The translations under genes were made by a program, and so were the position numbers. The notes beneath the pieces are model-generated. The model was not told where the DNA came from, did not search any database, and saw only the letters and a list, made by a program, of their open reading frames with translations. DNA of 64,000 nt. Source: an uncultured Gemmatimonadales bacterium. Lineage in GTDB: Bacteria > Gemmatimonadota > Gemmatimonadetes > Gemmatimonadales > GWC2-71-9. The stretch is from assembly GCA_963728705.1 (NCBI GenBank), contig CAVSLY010000011.1:101701-165700 (forward strand). The letters are read 5' to 3'. Positions 22,623 to 31,137 of the stretch are shown piece after piece; position 1 is the first letter of the stretch, and each line of letters opens with the position of its first letter.

Positions 22623-23195
22623 ATGGCCGAGCCGACCACCACCGGACGCCCGTTCGACGCCGAGGCGCTCCCGCATCTCGACGCGCTGTACCGCGTGGCG
22701 CTCCGACTCACCGGCGATCCGACGCAGGCGGAAGACCTGGTCCAGGATACGATGCTCAAGGCCTACCGCGCCTGGCACCAGTACCGGCCCGGGACCAACG
22801 CCAAGGGCTGGCTGCTGACGATTCTCCGCAACACCTTCATCAACGACTACCGCCGCCGCAAGCTCGAGCCCGTGGCCACCGACCTGGAGGCTATCGAGCC
22901 GCACGCCATCTACCGGGCCGTCGAGGACGTCGATCCCGAAGGCGCCTTCTTCTCCAAGATCGTCGACGAGAAGGTGCTCGAGGCCATCGACGCCCTCCCT
23001 CCGGATTTCCGCGAGGTGCTGGTGCTGAGCGACATGGAGGGCCTTCGCTACGGCGAGATCGCCGAGGCGCTGAAAGTGCCGGTCGGCACCGTCAAGTCGC
23101 GCCTCTTCCGTGCCCGCCGCCTGCTGCAGGCATCGCTCTACCAGTACGCGGTGGAGACCGGGATCATTCCTCCGCGCGAGGCGCCGCATGAGTGA
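22623..23195 (+). CDS. ECF (sigma-70 family) RNA polymerase sigma factor
   Basis: Region 2 (DLVQDTMLKAYRAW, GWLLTILRNTFIND) and region 4 (LVLSDMEGLRYGEIAEALKVPVGTVKSRLFRAR). Confidence 0.9.
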   Translation: MAEPTTTGRPFDAEALPHLDALYRVALRLTGDPTQAEDLVQDTMLKAYRAWHQYRPGTNAKGWLLTILRNTFINDYRRRKLEPVATDLEAIEPHAIYRAVEDVDPEGAFFSKIVDEKVLEAIDALPPDFREVLVLSDMEGLRYGEIAEALKVPVGTVKSRLFRARRLLQASLYQYAVETGIIPPREAPHE

Positions 23196-23436
23196 GCCGC
23201 TCGATTGTCGCGAGGCGATCGCCCGCCTCCAGGATTACCTCAAGCAGGAGCTGACCCCCGAGCTGGCTGGTGAGTTGCGCGCCCATCTGGAGTATTGCCG
23301 GCCCTGCGAGGGCTACGCCCGCTTCGAGCGCAGCTTTCTCGAGATGCTCGAGGCCCGGGCTCAGCACTGCTGCTGTCCCGACGAGCTTCGGGCACGAGTG
23401 CTCCGCGACCTGCGCATTGAGATGGAGCAGGGCTGA
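23188..23436 (+). CDS. RsrA-like zinc-binding (ZAS) anti-sigma factor
   Basis: ATG 23188 overlaps the sigma stop by 8 nt. 82 aa. H-x3-C-x2-C (HLEYCRPC) plus an upstream Cys and a CCC cluster, the same layout as mycothiol-system anti-sigma-R. Confidence 0.8.
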   Translation: MSEPLDCREAIARLQDYLKQELTPELAGELRAHLEYCRPCEGYARFERSFLEMLEARAQHCCCPDELRARVLRDLRIEMEQG

Positions 23437-23459
23437 CACCGGTCGTCCTGCCGCTGGCG

Positions 23460-24215
23460 GTGCTCGCCGCCGGGGCCGCGGCATTGCTCGCGTGGGGCGC
23501 GCGGAGCTTGACCACCGGCGGCGCGGTCGCGGCCTGGCTGGTCGGAATCGCGGTACTGGTGGGGACGGGTTGGGCGGGCGGCGCGGTGTTGGCCGCCTTT
23601 TTCGTCTCCAGCAGCGGGATCGGCCGGCTGGCGCCCGCACCGGTCGGCCTCGACCCGAAGGGCGAACGCCGCGACCCGTGGCAGGTCGCGGCCAACGGCG
23701 GCCCCGCGGCGCTTGGGGCCCTGCTCGGACTCCACGATGCGTCGCTTGGACTCTGGGTCGTCACCGGGAGCCTGGCCGCCGCCGCCGCCGATAGCTGGGC
23801 CACCGCCGCCGGCGGCTGGAGCCGCACGCCACCGCGCCGGCTGCTTCTGGGCATCGAGCTGGCGCGGGGAATCAGCGGCGGCATGACGGTCGCCGGCACG
23901 CTCGGCGCGGCGGTGGGCGCGCTGCTCGTGGCCGCCACCGCCGCCGCCGCCGGTGCGGCTCTGGCGCTGCTCCCCGTCGGAACGCTGGTAGGTTTCGTCG
24001 GGATGGTCGCGGACTCCGCCTTGGGTTCCGCCTGGCAGGGGCGCTTCCGCTGCCCCGCCTGCGACGTCGCCAGCGAATGGCGGGTGCATCGGTGCGGCAC
24101 CCGCACCGTGCGGCTGGGAGGGTTGGCATGGCTGGACAACGACGGAGTGAATCTCGCCGCCTCGGCGCTGGGGGCCGTGCTCGCGGGCGTGGCATGGCGC
24201 TGCTGGTCCCGTTGA
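23460..24215 (+). CDS. DUF92/TMEM19-family integral membrane protein
   Basis: TTGGAVAAWLVG..FFVSSS..WQVAANGG..AADSWATAAG..GISGGMTVAGT pattern. Cys-rich insert FRCPAC..HRCG. Start uncertain (GTG 23460). Confidence 0.55.
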   Translation: MLAAGAAALLAWGARSLTTGGAVAAWLVGIAVLVGTGWAGGAVLAAFFVSSSGIGRLAPAPVGLDPKGERRDPWQVAANGGPAALGALLGLHDASLGLWVVTGSLAAAAADSWATAAGGWSRTPPRRLLLGIELARGISGGMTVAGTLGAAVGALLVAATAAAAGAALALLPVGTLVGFVGMVADSALGSAWQGRFRCPACDVASEWRVHRCGTRTVRLGGLAWLDNDGVNLAASALGAVLAGVAWRCWSR

Positions 24216-24616
24216 TCCTGCTGCTGACGGCCTGCAATGGCGACCCCACGGCCCCGCGCACGGGCCAGCCCAGCGGCGGCAACGGGTCGGGGGCAAGCGA
24301 TGGCGGCGGGGCCGGGTCCGAGCTCGTCGGCTCCTGGCAGACCGTGGTCGTGATCCAGGTGCCCGGGGACCTGCAGACCTGGACGACCACCTGGCGGTTC
24401 GACCCCGCGAGGACCTGCCGGCAGACCGTGGTCACCGAGTCGCTCGCCGAGGGCTTCCCCCGCACGACCGAGCGCGCCTGCACCTGGACCACCAGCAGCG
24501 GCGAGGTCGCCATCAGCTTCGTGGGTGGCGGCACCCTGACCTTCGACTTCTCGTTCGCCGCGCTCGACCCCGACCGCCTCGTCCTCGATGGCTTCGAGTA
24601 CCAGCGCCTCGCCTGA
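24194..24616 (+). CDS. small lipoprotein, unknown function
   Basis: ATG 24194 gives MALLVPLILLLTAC (lipobox). 140 aa. Overlaps both neighbours. Confidence 0.55.
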   Translation: MALLVPLILLLTACNGDPTAPRTGQPSGGNGSGASDGGGAGSELVGSWQTVVVIQVPGDLQTWTTTWRFDPARTCRQTVVTESLAEGFPRTTERACTWTTSSGEVAISFVGGGTLTFDFSFAALDPDRLVLDGFEYQRLA

Positions 24617-25832
24617 GCGGCCTGCCCCGGTCGACGTCCTCGTCGTCGGGACCGGCCCTGGCGGCAGCGCCGCCGCCGTGCTCCTCGCGCGAGCGGGCTT
24701 CAGCGTGACGGCGGTGGATCGCGCCGCCTTCCCGCGCGACAAGGCGTGCTCGGAGTACATGAGCCCGGAGGCGGTCCGCCTGCTCGACCGCCTGGGTGTG
24801 GTGCCGGAGCTCGAGGCGGCCGGCGCCGCACCGCTCCACGGAACGCGGGTCATCGCCGCGGGCGGGAGCCGGCTCCATGGCCGGTTCGCCCGAGCCGGCG
24901 TGACGCCCTTCCGGCCGACCGGGCTCTCGCTCGCGCGGCGCCTGCTCGACGACACCCTCGTCGGCGCCGCTCGCGGTGCGGGTGCCACGGTGCTGGAGCG
25001 CACGGCCGTCGAGGCGCTGCTGTACGACCGTGGAGCGGTCGGGGGCGCGGTCGTCCGCGATGCCGATGGGCAGCGCCAGGCCCTTCGGGCGAGGCTCACC
25101 ATCGGCGCCGACGGCCTCCGCTCGCTCGTCGCCCGGCGGATCGGACGCCGCCGGCACGGCCATCCCCGCCGGCTCGCGTTCGTGGCCCACGTCGACGGCG
25201 TCGCCGGCATGGGCGACTCGGCCGAGATGCACGTCGGCCGGCAGGGGTACGTGGGACTCAATCCGATCGGCGGCGGGCGCACCAACGTGGCGCTGGTCGT
25301 CCCGGCCGAGCGTGGGGGCGAGGCGCGCGGCCGCACGGAAGCGTTCTTGCTCGAGGCGCTCCGGGCGTTTCCTGGGCTGCACGAGCGGGTCGCGGCCGGC
25401 GCGCTGGCCCGGCGGGTACTCGCCACCGGACCGTTCGCCGCCTGGTCCGGGCGGGTGACGACCGACGGCGCGGCGCTGGTGGGCGACGCCGCCGACTTCT
25501 TCGATCCGTTCACCGGCGAGGGGATCTACAGCGCGCTTCGCGGCGCCGAACTCCTGGCCGAGGCGGCGGTGCCGGCGCTCGGGCGGCCGGGACCTGTCAC
25601 GGCGGCCGATCTCGCGGGGTACCGCCGGGCCCGGCGGCGGGCGTTCGCCGGGAAGTGGGCGGTCGAGCGGCTCATCGGCTACGGCATGCTGTTCCCCGCC
25701 CTGTTCGACCGCGCGGTGGCGCGGCTGGGGCGGCGCGCCGGCATGGCGGACACGCTGATCGGCGTGACCGGCGACTTCGTGCCCGCGCGCCACGTCCTCA
25801 ATCCGCTCTTCCTCGCGAGGATGGTCCTCTGA
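24588..25832 (+). CDS. geranylgeranyl-reductase-family FAD-dependent oxidoreductase
   Basis: VLVVGTGPGGSAAAVLLARAG, RDKACSEYMSP and GDAADFFDPFTGEGI motifs. Confidence 0.75.
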   Translation: MASSTSASPERPAPVDVLVVGTGPGGSAAAVLLARAGFSVTAVDRAAFPRDKACSEYMSPEAVRLLDRLGVVPELEAAGAAPLHGTRVIAAGGSRLHGRFARAGVTPFRPTGLSLARRLLDDTLVGAARGAGATVLERTAVEALLYDRGAVGGAVVRDADGQRQALRARLTIGADGLRSLVARRIGRRRHGHPRRLAFVAHVDGVAGMGDSAEMHVGRQGYVGLNPIGGGRTNVALVVPAERGGEARGRTEAFLLEALRAFPGLHERVAAGALARRVLATGPFAAWSGRVTTDGAALVGDAADFFDPFTGEGIYSALRGAELLAEAAVPALGRPGPVTAADLAGYRRARRRAFAGKWAVERLIGYGMLFPALFDRAVARLGRRAGMADTLIGVTGDFVPARHVLNPLFLARMVL

Positions 25833-26311
25833 GTCGGCCCGCCGTCGACCCCGCCCGCTTCCGCCAGCTGCTCGGCCGCTTCGCCACCGGAGTCACCATC
25901 CTCACGGTGCGCGACCCGGCGGGTCATCCCGCGGGCATGACCGCGAGCAGCCTGGCCTCGGTGTCGCTGGAGCCGCCGCTGATCTCGGTCTGTGTCGACC
26001 ACACGGCGGACCTGCACGACCTGATCGTCGCGGCGCCCGAGTTCGTGGTGAACATCCTGGAGAGCGGCCAGGAGGAGCTTTCGCGCCGCTTCGCCGACCA
26101 GCACGACGACCGCTTCGAGGGCATCGGCTATCACGCGGGCCCCGACGGTCAGATCTTCCTCGACGGCGCCCTGGCGCACATCGAGTGCGAGCGCTTCGCC
26201 GAGTATCCCGGCGGCGACCACACCATCATCGTCGGGCGCGTCATCGGCGGCGACAGCCGGGACGGCCACCCGCTGCTCTACTACCGCGGCGGTTACGCCG
26301 CCTTCTCGTGA
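25829..26311 (+). CDS. flavin reductase family protein
   Basis: Tail of ORF 24746..26311: FRQLLGRFATGVTILTV..GMTASSLASVSLEPPLISVCV..GDHTIIVGRV. No ATG/GTG near the 5' end, so the start is uncertain; it abuts the upstream stop. Confidence 0.7.
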   Translation: MSRPAVDPARFRQLLGRFATGVTILTVRDPAGHPAGMTASSLASVSLEPPLISVCVDHTADLHDLIVAAPEFVVNILESGQEELSRRFADQHDDRFEGIGYHAGPDGQIFLDGALAHIECERFAEYPGGDHTIIVGRVIGGDSRDGHPLLYYRGGYAAFS

Positions 26312-26316
26312 TCTCC

Positions 26317-27015
26317 ATGGCACCGCTCGCCCCGAGCCCGGTCGGCGTCGAGCTGCTCGACGATCCGGCCGCCGATCCGGCCACGGTCGCCGAGTCGCTC
26401 CGGAACATCGCCCGCGCCAACCGGTGGTTCGGCGGCGCGGCGGCCGTGCGGCACGGACTCGCTCGCGCCCTCGGGGGCGTGTCCCCGGGCACGACGCTCA
26501 CCCTCGCCGACCTCGGCACCGGGCTCGGCGACCTGCCGCGCGCCGCCGTTCGCTGGGCTCCGCGCCGCGGCGTGCGCCTCGTGCCGGTGGGGCTCGAGCG
26601 AAGCCCGGTGGCGGCGCGTCTGGCGCTTGCCGGTGGGCTGCCGTGCGCCGTCGCCTGCGCGGGCGCGCCGCCGTTCCGCGAGAAGTCGGTGGACGTGGTG
26701 CTGGTGAGCCAGGTCGCGCACCACTTGGCCGACGAGTCGACGGTGCGCCTGCTCCAGATGTGCGATCGCCTCGCCCGCCGTGCGGTCATCGTCGCCGACC
26801 TTCGGCGCGGCCCGCTCGGCCCGCTGGTCTTCTGGGTCGGCGCGCGCGCGCTGGGATTCGACGCCGTCACGGTCGCGGATGGCATGACCTCGCTCCGCCG
26901 GGGCTACAGCGCCGGGCGCTTGCGCGGCCTGCTCGCGGCGGCCGGTGTTCGCGGAATCGTCGAGCGGCGTCCGGGGTATCGCCTGGTGGCCACCTGGCGC
27001 CCGGTGGCGGGCTGA
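26317..27015 (+). CDS. class I SAM-dependent methyltransferase
   Basis: ATG 26317. Motif I LADLGTGLGD. VLVSQVAHHL and VIVADLRR. Confidence 0.65.
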   Translation: MAPLAPSPVGVELLDDPAADPATVAESLRNIARANRWFGGAAAVRHGLARALGGVSPGTTLTLADLGTGLGDLPRAAVRWAPRRGVRLVPVGLERSPVAARLALAGGLPCAVACAGAPPFREKSVDVVLVSQVAHHLADESTVRLLQMCDRLARRAVIVADLRRGPLGPLVFWVGARALGFDAVTVADGMTSLRRGYSAGRLRGLLAAAGVRGIVERRPGYRLVATWRPVAG

Positions 27016-27476
27016 TGCAGACCGTCGATCGGACCCGAATACGCGCGCCGCTGGACCGCGTGCTTGCCGCGGCGGTTGACGTGGAGCGCTGGCCGGCGCT
27101 GCTCCCGCATTACCGATGGGTGCGAAAGCTGGAGCGGCGTGGCGACGGCGGGCTGGTGGAGATGGCGGCGTGGCGGCCGTTCGGTCCGCTCAACTATCCC
27201 ACCTGGTGGGTCTCGGAGATGTGGGTGGACCGCGCCGCGCCGGCGGTGCGCTATCGCCACGTGCGGGGAATCACGACCGGCATGGACGTGGTCTGGCGGA
27301 TGGAGGCGGCGGACGGCGGGACCGACGTCACGATCGTTCACGACTGGACCGGGCCGCGCTGGCCCGTCATCGGCGGCCTGGCGGCGACGTGGGTCATCGG
27401 CCCGGTGTTCATCCATGGAATCGCGTCGCGGACGCTGGCGGGCATCCGGCGGGCGGTGGAGGCAGGAGCGGCATGA
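27015..27476 (+). CDS. SRPBCC (polyketide cyclase/dehydrase-like) family protein
   Basis: ATG 27015 overlaps the upstream TGA. 153 aa. RIRAPLDRVLAAAVDVERWPALLPHY is typical of the Bet v1-like lipid-binding fold. Confidence 0.6.
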   Translation: MQTVDRTRIRAPLDRVLAAAVDVERWPALLPHYRWVRKLERRGDGGLVEMAAWRPFGPLNYPTWWVSEMWVDRAAPAVRYRHVRGITTGMDVVWRMEAADGGTDVTIVHDWTGPRWPVIGGLAATWVIGPVFIHGIASRTLAGIRRAVEAGAA

Positions 27477-28720
27477 GCGACGCAAGGCGGGTGGTGATCA
27501 CGGGAATCGGGGCCATCACCCCGATCGGGCTGGGAGTCGACGGGCTGTGGGACGGACTCCGGCGACGCACGTCGGCGGTCCGCTGCATCACGCGGTTCGA
27601 CCCGACCGCGTTCAAGTCGCGCATCGCCGGCGAAGTGCAGGACTTCGTGCCCACCGATCACATCGAGGAGCGGCGGGCGCGCCGGCTGGACCGGTATTCC
27701 CAGTTCACCATCGCGGCGACCCGGATGGCCCTCGCCGACGCCCGGCTCGACCTCGCCCGGGAGGACCCCGATCGGGTCGGCGCGATGATGGGCACCGCCC
27801 TCGGCGGCGTGGCGCACGGGGAGCGGAACTATCACGCGTTCCTCACCGAGGGACCGCGCGCGGTCGACCCGGCCCTCGCCCTCACCGTCTTCGCCGGCGC
27901 GGCGAGCTGCAACATCGCCATCGAGTTCGGCTGCACCGGCCCCAACTCCACCAACGGGATGAGCTGCGCGTCGGGCGCCATCGCCATCGGCGACGGGTTC
28001 CGCGCCATCGTCCGTGGCGACGCCGACATCATGCTCGCCGGCGGCTCCGAGGCCCCGCTGGCGCCGCTCTGCTTCGGCGCCTTCGCCATCATCCGCGCGA
28101 TGTCCACCCGGAACGACGACCCGGGGCACGCCAGCCGGCCGTTCGACGTGGGGCGGGACGGCTTCGTCATGGCCGAAGGCTCGGCGGTGCTGGTGCTCGA
28201 GGAGCGGAGCCGCGCGCTCGCGCGCGGCGCGCCGGTCTACGCCGAGCTCTGCGGCTTCGGCCTGACCAACGACGCCCACCACATGACGGCGCCGCGCCCC
28301 GACGGCAGCCAGGCCGCCCGCGCCATGCGGAACGCGCTGGCCGAGGCCCATGTGGCGCCCGGCGAGGTGGGCTACATCAATGCCCACGGCTCCTCGACAC
28401 CGCTCAACGATTCGACCGAGACCGGGGCCATCCGCCAGGTCTTCGGCGAGCACGCCGACCGGGTGCCGCTGAGCGGCACCAAGGGGTACTACGGCCACGC
28501 GCTCGGCGCGAGCGGCGCCTTCGAGGCCGCGATCTGTGCCCTCGCGTCCCGGCACGGCTGGCTTCCGCCCACGGTGAACCTCGAGACCCCCGATCCCGCC
28601 TGCGACCTTCCGATGGTGACCGGCGACGGGCGGAACCTCTCGCCCGACGTGCTGCTGAGCAACTCGTTCGGCTTCGGGGGGATCAACGCGGCGCTGGTGT
28701 TTCGACGAGCGGACGCCTAG
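27473..28720 (+). CDS. beta-ketoacyl synthase (FabF/KAS-II-like), Cys-His-His triad intact
   Basis: ATG 27473 (ATGA overlap). VVITGIGAITPIG, active-site GMSCASG, DAHHMTAP, INAHGSSTP, and C-terminal NSFGFGGIN. Confidence 0.85.
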   Translation: MSDARRVVITGIGAITPIGLGVDGLWDGLRRRTSAVRCITRFDPTAFKSRIAGEVQDFVPTDHIEERRARRLDRYSQFTIAATRMALADARLDLAREDPDRVGAMMGTALGGVAHGERNYHAFLTEGPRAVDPALALTVFAGAASCNIAIEFGCTGPNSTNGMSCASGAIAIGDGFRAIVRGDADIMLAGGSEAPLAPLCFGAFAIIRAMSTRNDDPGHASRPFDVGRDGFVMAEGSAVLVLEERSRALARGAPVYAELCGFGLTNDAHHMTAPRPDGSQAARAMRNALAEAHVAPGEVGYINAHGSSTPLNDSTETGAIRQVFGEHADRVPLSGTKGYYGHALGASGAFEAAICALASRHGWLPPTVNLETPDPACDLPMVTGDGRNLSPDVLLSNSFGFGGINAALVFRRADA

Positions 28721-28767
28721 ATTCGCGGCCGTCCCTCCCCCCTGCCGACACTACATAAGGATGGCCG

Positions 28768-29455
28768 ATGCCTTCGCTGTTACGCCGGTCCCTCGCGGAA
28801 GCCCTTGGTACTTTCGGGCTGGTCTTCATCGGTGTCGGGTCCGTCGCCGCCAAATACTACCCTGATGCCAATTACGGCCTCTTCGGCATCGCGACAGCCC
28901 ACGCCCTCGTGCTCTCGGTGATGATCACCGCCACCATGGCGATCTCCGGCGGCCACCTCAACCCCGCCGTCACGATCGGCCTGCTCGTCGCCCGCCGGAC
29001 GACGGGGCAGACCGCGGTGGCCTACATCATCGCTCAGCTCGCCGGTGCGGTCCTCGGCGCCCTTGCCGGTGAAGGCGATCTTCCCCCTGGGTGTCACCCG
29101 GCCCATCGCGCTGGGCACGCCGGCCCTCGCGGGCAACATCCAGCTCTCGCAGGCCATCGGGCTCGAGGCTATTCTCACGTTCTTCCTGGTGTCGGCGGTG
29201 TTCGGCACCTGCGTGAACGCGGAGGCGCCGAAGGTCGGCGGGTTCGGTGTGGGGCTCGTGCTGCTGTTCGACATCCTGGTCGGAGGCCCGCTCACCGGGG
29301 CGGCCATGAATCCGGCGCGCGCGTTCGGGCCGGCGCTGGTGGCCGGGCAGTGGGTGGCGCACTCGGTCTACTGGGTGGGGCCGATCGCGGGCGCCGTCGT
29401 CGCGGCGCTGCTGTGGGAGCACGTGCTGCTGCCGAAGCGGGAGCGGGCGGGGTAG
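28768..29455 (+). pseudogene. aqpZ: aquaporin/MIP-family channel, one apparent frameshift
   Basis: First NPA (GGHLNPAVT) lies in ORF 28768..29598 and the second NPA (AAMNPARA) in ORF 29045..29455. Switch near 29065. Confidence 0.8.
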
Positions 29456-29494
29456 GCGGGCGGGGCGGGCGGGGCGGGCGGGGCGGGCGGGGCG
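29456..29494. repeat. G-rich 9-nt tandem repeat (CGGGGCGGG x about 4), G-quadruplex-type motif
   Basis: GCGGG CGGGGCGGG CGGGGCGGG CGGGGCGGG CGGGGCG immediately after the aquaporin stop. More G3-4 runs lie just upstream (29437-29452). Confidence 0.8.
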
Positions 29495-29519
29495 AAGGTG
29501 CTGTGTTGACGCTCCCGCC

Positions 29520-29585
29520 GTCATCCCGAGCGAAGCGAGGGACCTTCTCACCGGGTATCGAGCCCCGAGGGAGGTCCCTCGCTTC
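29520..29585. repeat. palindromic repeat element, copy A (degenerate)
   Basis: GTCATCCCGAGCGAAGCGAGGGACC...GGTCCCTCGCTTC: a 13-bp stem with a ~28-nt loop. The left end matches the copies at 52924, 59115 and 59963. The right terminal arm is missing. Confidence 0.6.
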
Positions 29586-29619
29586 TTTCCAGCAATGATT
29601 CGCCATCGAGAGGAGCGCC

Positions 29620-29772
29620 CTACCGATCGCCCCCGACCGTCCGACCGTCCGCCCGTCCGACCACCTGCTTCACCCTCCCCCACAACACCACCAGATACCC
29701 CCCCAGAATCACCGGCGTCACCACATACGCCGCAATCATGTACCCCGCGTTCTCGGGCGCCTCAGCCAGCAT
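29620..29772 (-). CDS. ccmD: heme exporter protein D (small ORF absent from the ORF track)
   Basis: 50 aa: MLAEAPENAGYMIAAYVVTPVILGGYLVVLWGRVKQVVGRADGRTVGGDR. One TM segment then basic residues. The ATG overlaps the end of ccmC. Position after ccmC is the canonical one. Confidence 0.6.
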   Translation of the reverse strand: MLAEAPENAGYMIAAYVVTPVILGGYLVVLWGRVKQVVGRADGRTVGGDR

Positions 29773-30460
29773 CGGTCGCCTCGTCGCGCGCGTCCTCGGC
29801 CATTCCCAGCCCGTACCGCAAGGTCACCAGCCCGATATAGAGCAGAGTGAACACCGCCATCGACACCAGCAGCGTCCGCAGCATCTCCGGCGGCAGCGAC
29901 GGCGCGCTCGGCTTGAGCACGATCGGCTGCGGGTGGAGCGTCCGGAACAAGTACACGCTCAGGTGGATGAACGGCACGAGCAGCATCCCGAGGATCCCCA
30001 CCACCGCGCTGAAACGCGCCCGCTCGGCCGGATCGTGCACCGAGGCGCGGAGCGCCAGATAGCCGATGAAGAGAAAGAACAGGAACAGGGTCAGTGTGAG
30101 CCGCGCGTCCCAGGTCCACCACGTGCCCCAGATCGGCTTGGCCCAGATCGGCCCGGTCGTCAGCATGACCGCGCTGAACGCGACTCCCACCTCCGCGGAG
30201 GACGCGGCGAACCGGTCGAGCCGGGGGTCGTGCAGCCAGAGATAGAGCGCGCTCGCGACCCCTACCAGAGAGAAGGCGATCAGCGCGCACCACGCCGCGG
30301 GCACGTGCAGGTAGAAGATCTTCTGCGCCATGCCCTGGCGCGCCTCGACCGGGGTATAGGCGAGCGCCAGCAGATAGACCGCCGCCAGTCCCAGGAACGC
30401 CGCCAGGCTGATCCCGAGCCCGCGGCGGGTGATCGCGCGGATCGCGGCGTCCGACGTCAT
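29762..30460 (-). CDS. ccmC: heme exporter protein C
   Basis: WGTWWTWDARL tryptophan-rich motif. 232-aa polytopic membrane protein. Confidence 0.9.
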   Translation of the reverse strand: MTSDAAIRAITRRGLGISLAAFLGLAAVYLLALAYTPVEARQGMAQKIFYLHVPAAWCALIAFSLVGVASALYLWLHDPRLDRFAASSAEVGVAFSAVMLTTGPIWAKPIWGTWWTWDARLTLTLFLFFLFIGYLALRASVHDPAERARFSAVVGILGMLLVPFIHLSVYLFRTLHPQPIVLKPSAPSLPPEMLRTLLVSMAVFTLLYIGLVTLRYGLGMAEDARDEATDAG

Positions 30461-31137
30461 TCGTCGACCACCGCGCTGAAGGCCATCGTACAGAGGGTCA
30501 CGAACACGATGTCATAGAGAGTCAGGAGTCTAAGCCACCCCAGCATCTCACTCAATGGACGTCCCGCCAGGAGCCGCGAGGTCACCTGCACCGCGCCGAT
30601 GAGCGGGGGCACCATGAAGGGCAGCAGCAGGACCGGCAGCATCAGCTCGGCGAAGCGCGTGCGCACGGCCATCGCGCTGAAGATCGTCCCGACCGAGACG
30701 AACCCGATCGTGGCGAGCACCGTCACGCCGATGATGCCCGGCAGCGCGGCGGACAGGTCGACGTTGAAGAAGAGCACGAACAGCGGCAGGGTCACCGCCT
30801 CCACCGTGCCCACGAACGCGAGGTTGGCCAGCAGCTTCCCGCCGAAGAGCGCGCCCCGCGGAACCGGCGCCATCAGCAACCCGTCGAGCGCCCCATGCTC
30901 GCGCTCGATGGTGAAGGCCCGATTGAGCGCCACCATCGCCGCCAGCGCGAACGTGACCCACAGGACGCTCGGGGCCAGGTCGGTCGCCGAAAGCGCGGTC
31001 GGGTCGCGGGCGAAATTGAACACCACGAGCACGAGCGCGGCGAACACCACCGCCGAGAGCAGCGCTGTCCGGCTTCTGAGCTCCGCCCGGATGTCCTTGG
31101 CCGCGATCACGAGGGCCAGCCGGAGAGCGTCAGGCAC
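30457..31137 (-). CDS. ccmB: heme exporter protein B
   Basis: 226-aa polytopic ORF between ccmA and ccmC with 4-nt and 8-nt overlaps. Confidence 0.8.
   Translation of the reverse strand: MPDALRLALVIAAKDIRAELRSRTALLSAVVFAALVLVVFNFARDPTALSATDLAPSVLWVTFALAAMVALNRAFTIEREHGALDGLLMAPVPRGALFGGKLLANLAFVGTVEAVTLPLFVLFFNVDLSAALPGIIGVTVLATIGFVSVGTIFSAMAVRTRFAELMLPVLLLPFMVPPLIGAVQVTSRLLAGRPLSEMLGWLRLLTLYDIVFVTLCTMAFSAVVDE

Noticed and set aside
23240-25513. Very long antisense or alternative-frame ORFs: 23240..25513 (757 aa), 4390..5949 (519 aa), 41796..44012 (738 aa), 45216..47351 (711 aa), 48162..49943 (593 aa), 1195..3441 (748 aa), 24746..26311 (521 aa) and similar.
   Set aside because: They are Arg/Pro/Gly/Ala-rich with no recognisable motifs, and they lie opposite or out of frame to genes with clear family signatures. 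This is the stop-codon-poor shadow-ORF pattern expected at this GC content. Only sub-segments that match real genes (nadC, flavin reductase) were used.
29456-29585. Short repeats after the aquaporin gene as a mini-CRISPR array.
   Set aside because: The 9-nt units are contiguous with no spacers, and the adjacent hairpin belongs to the dispersed palindromic element family. No cas genes are present.
28768-29598. The 276-aa ORF read as a long aquaporin with a Gly/Arg-rich C-terminal extension.
   Set aside because: After about residue 100 this frame loses all MIP features, while the second NPA box and TM5-6 appear in ORF 29045..29455. The GRGGRGG tail is just the G-rich tandem repeat translated out of frame.
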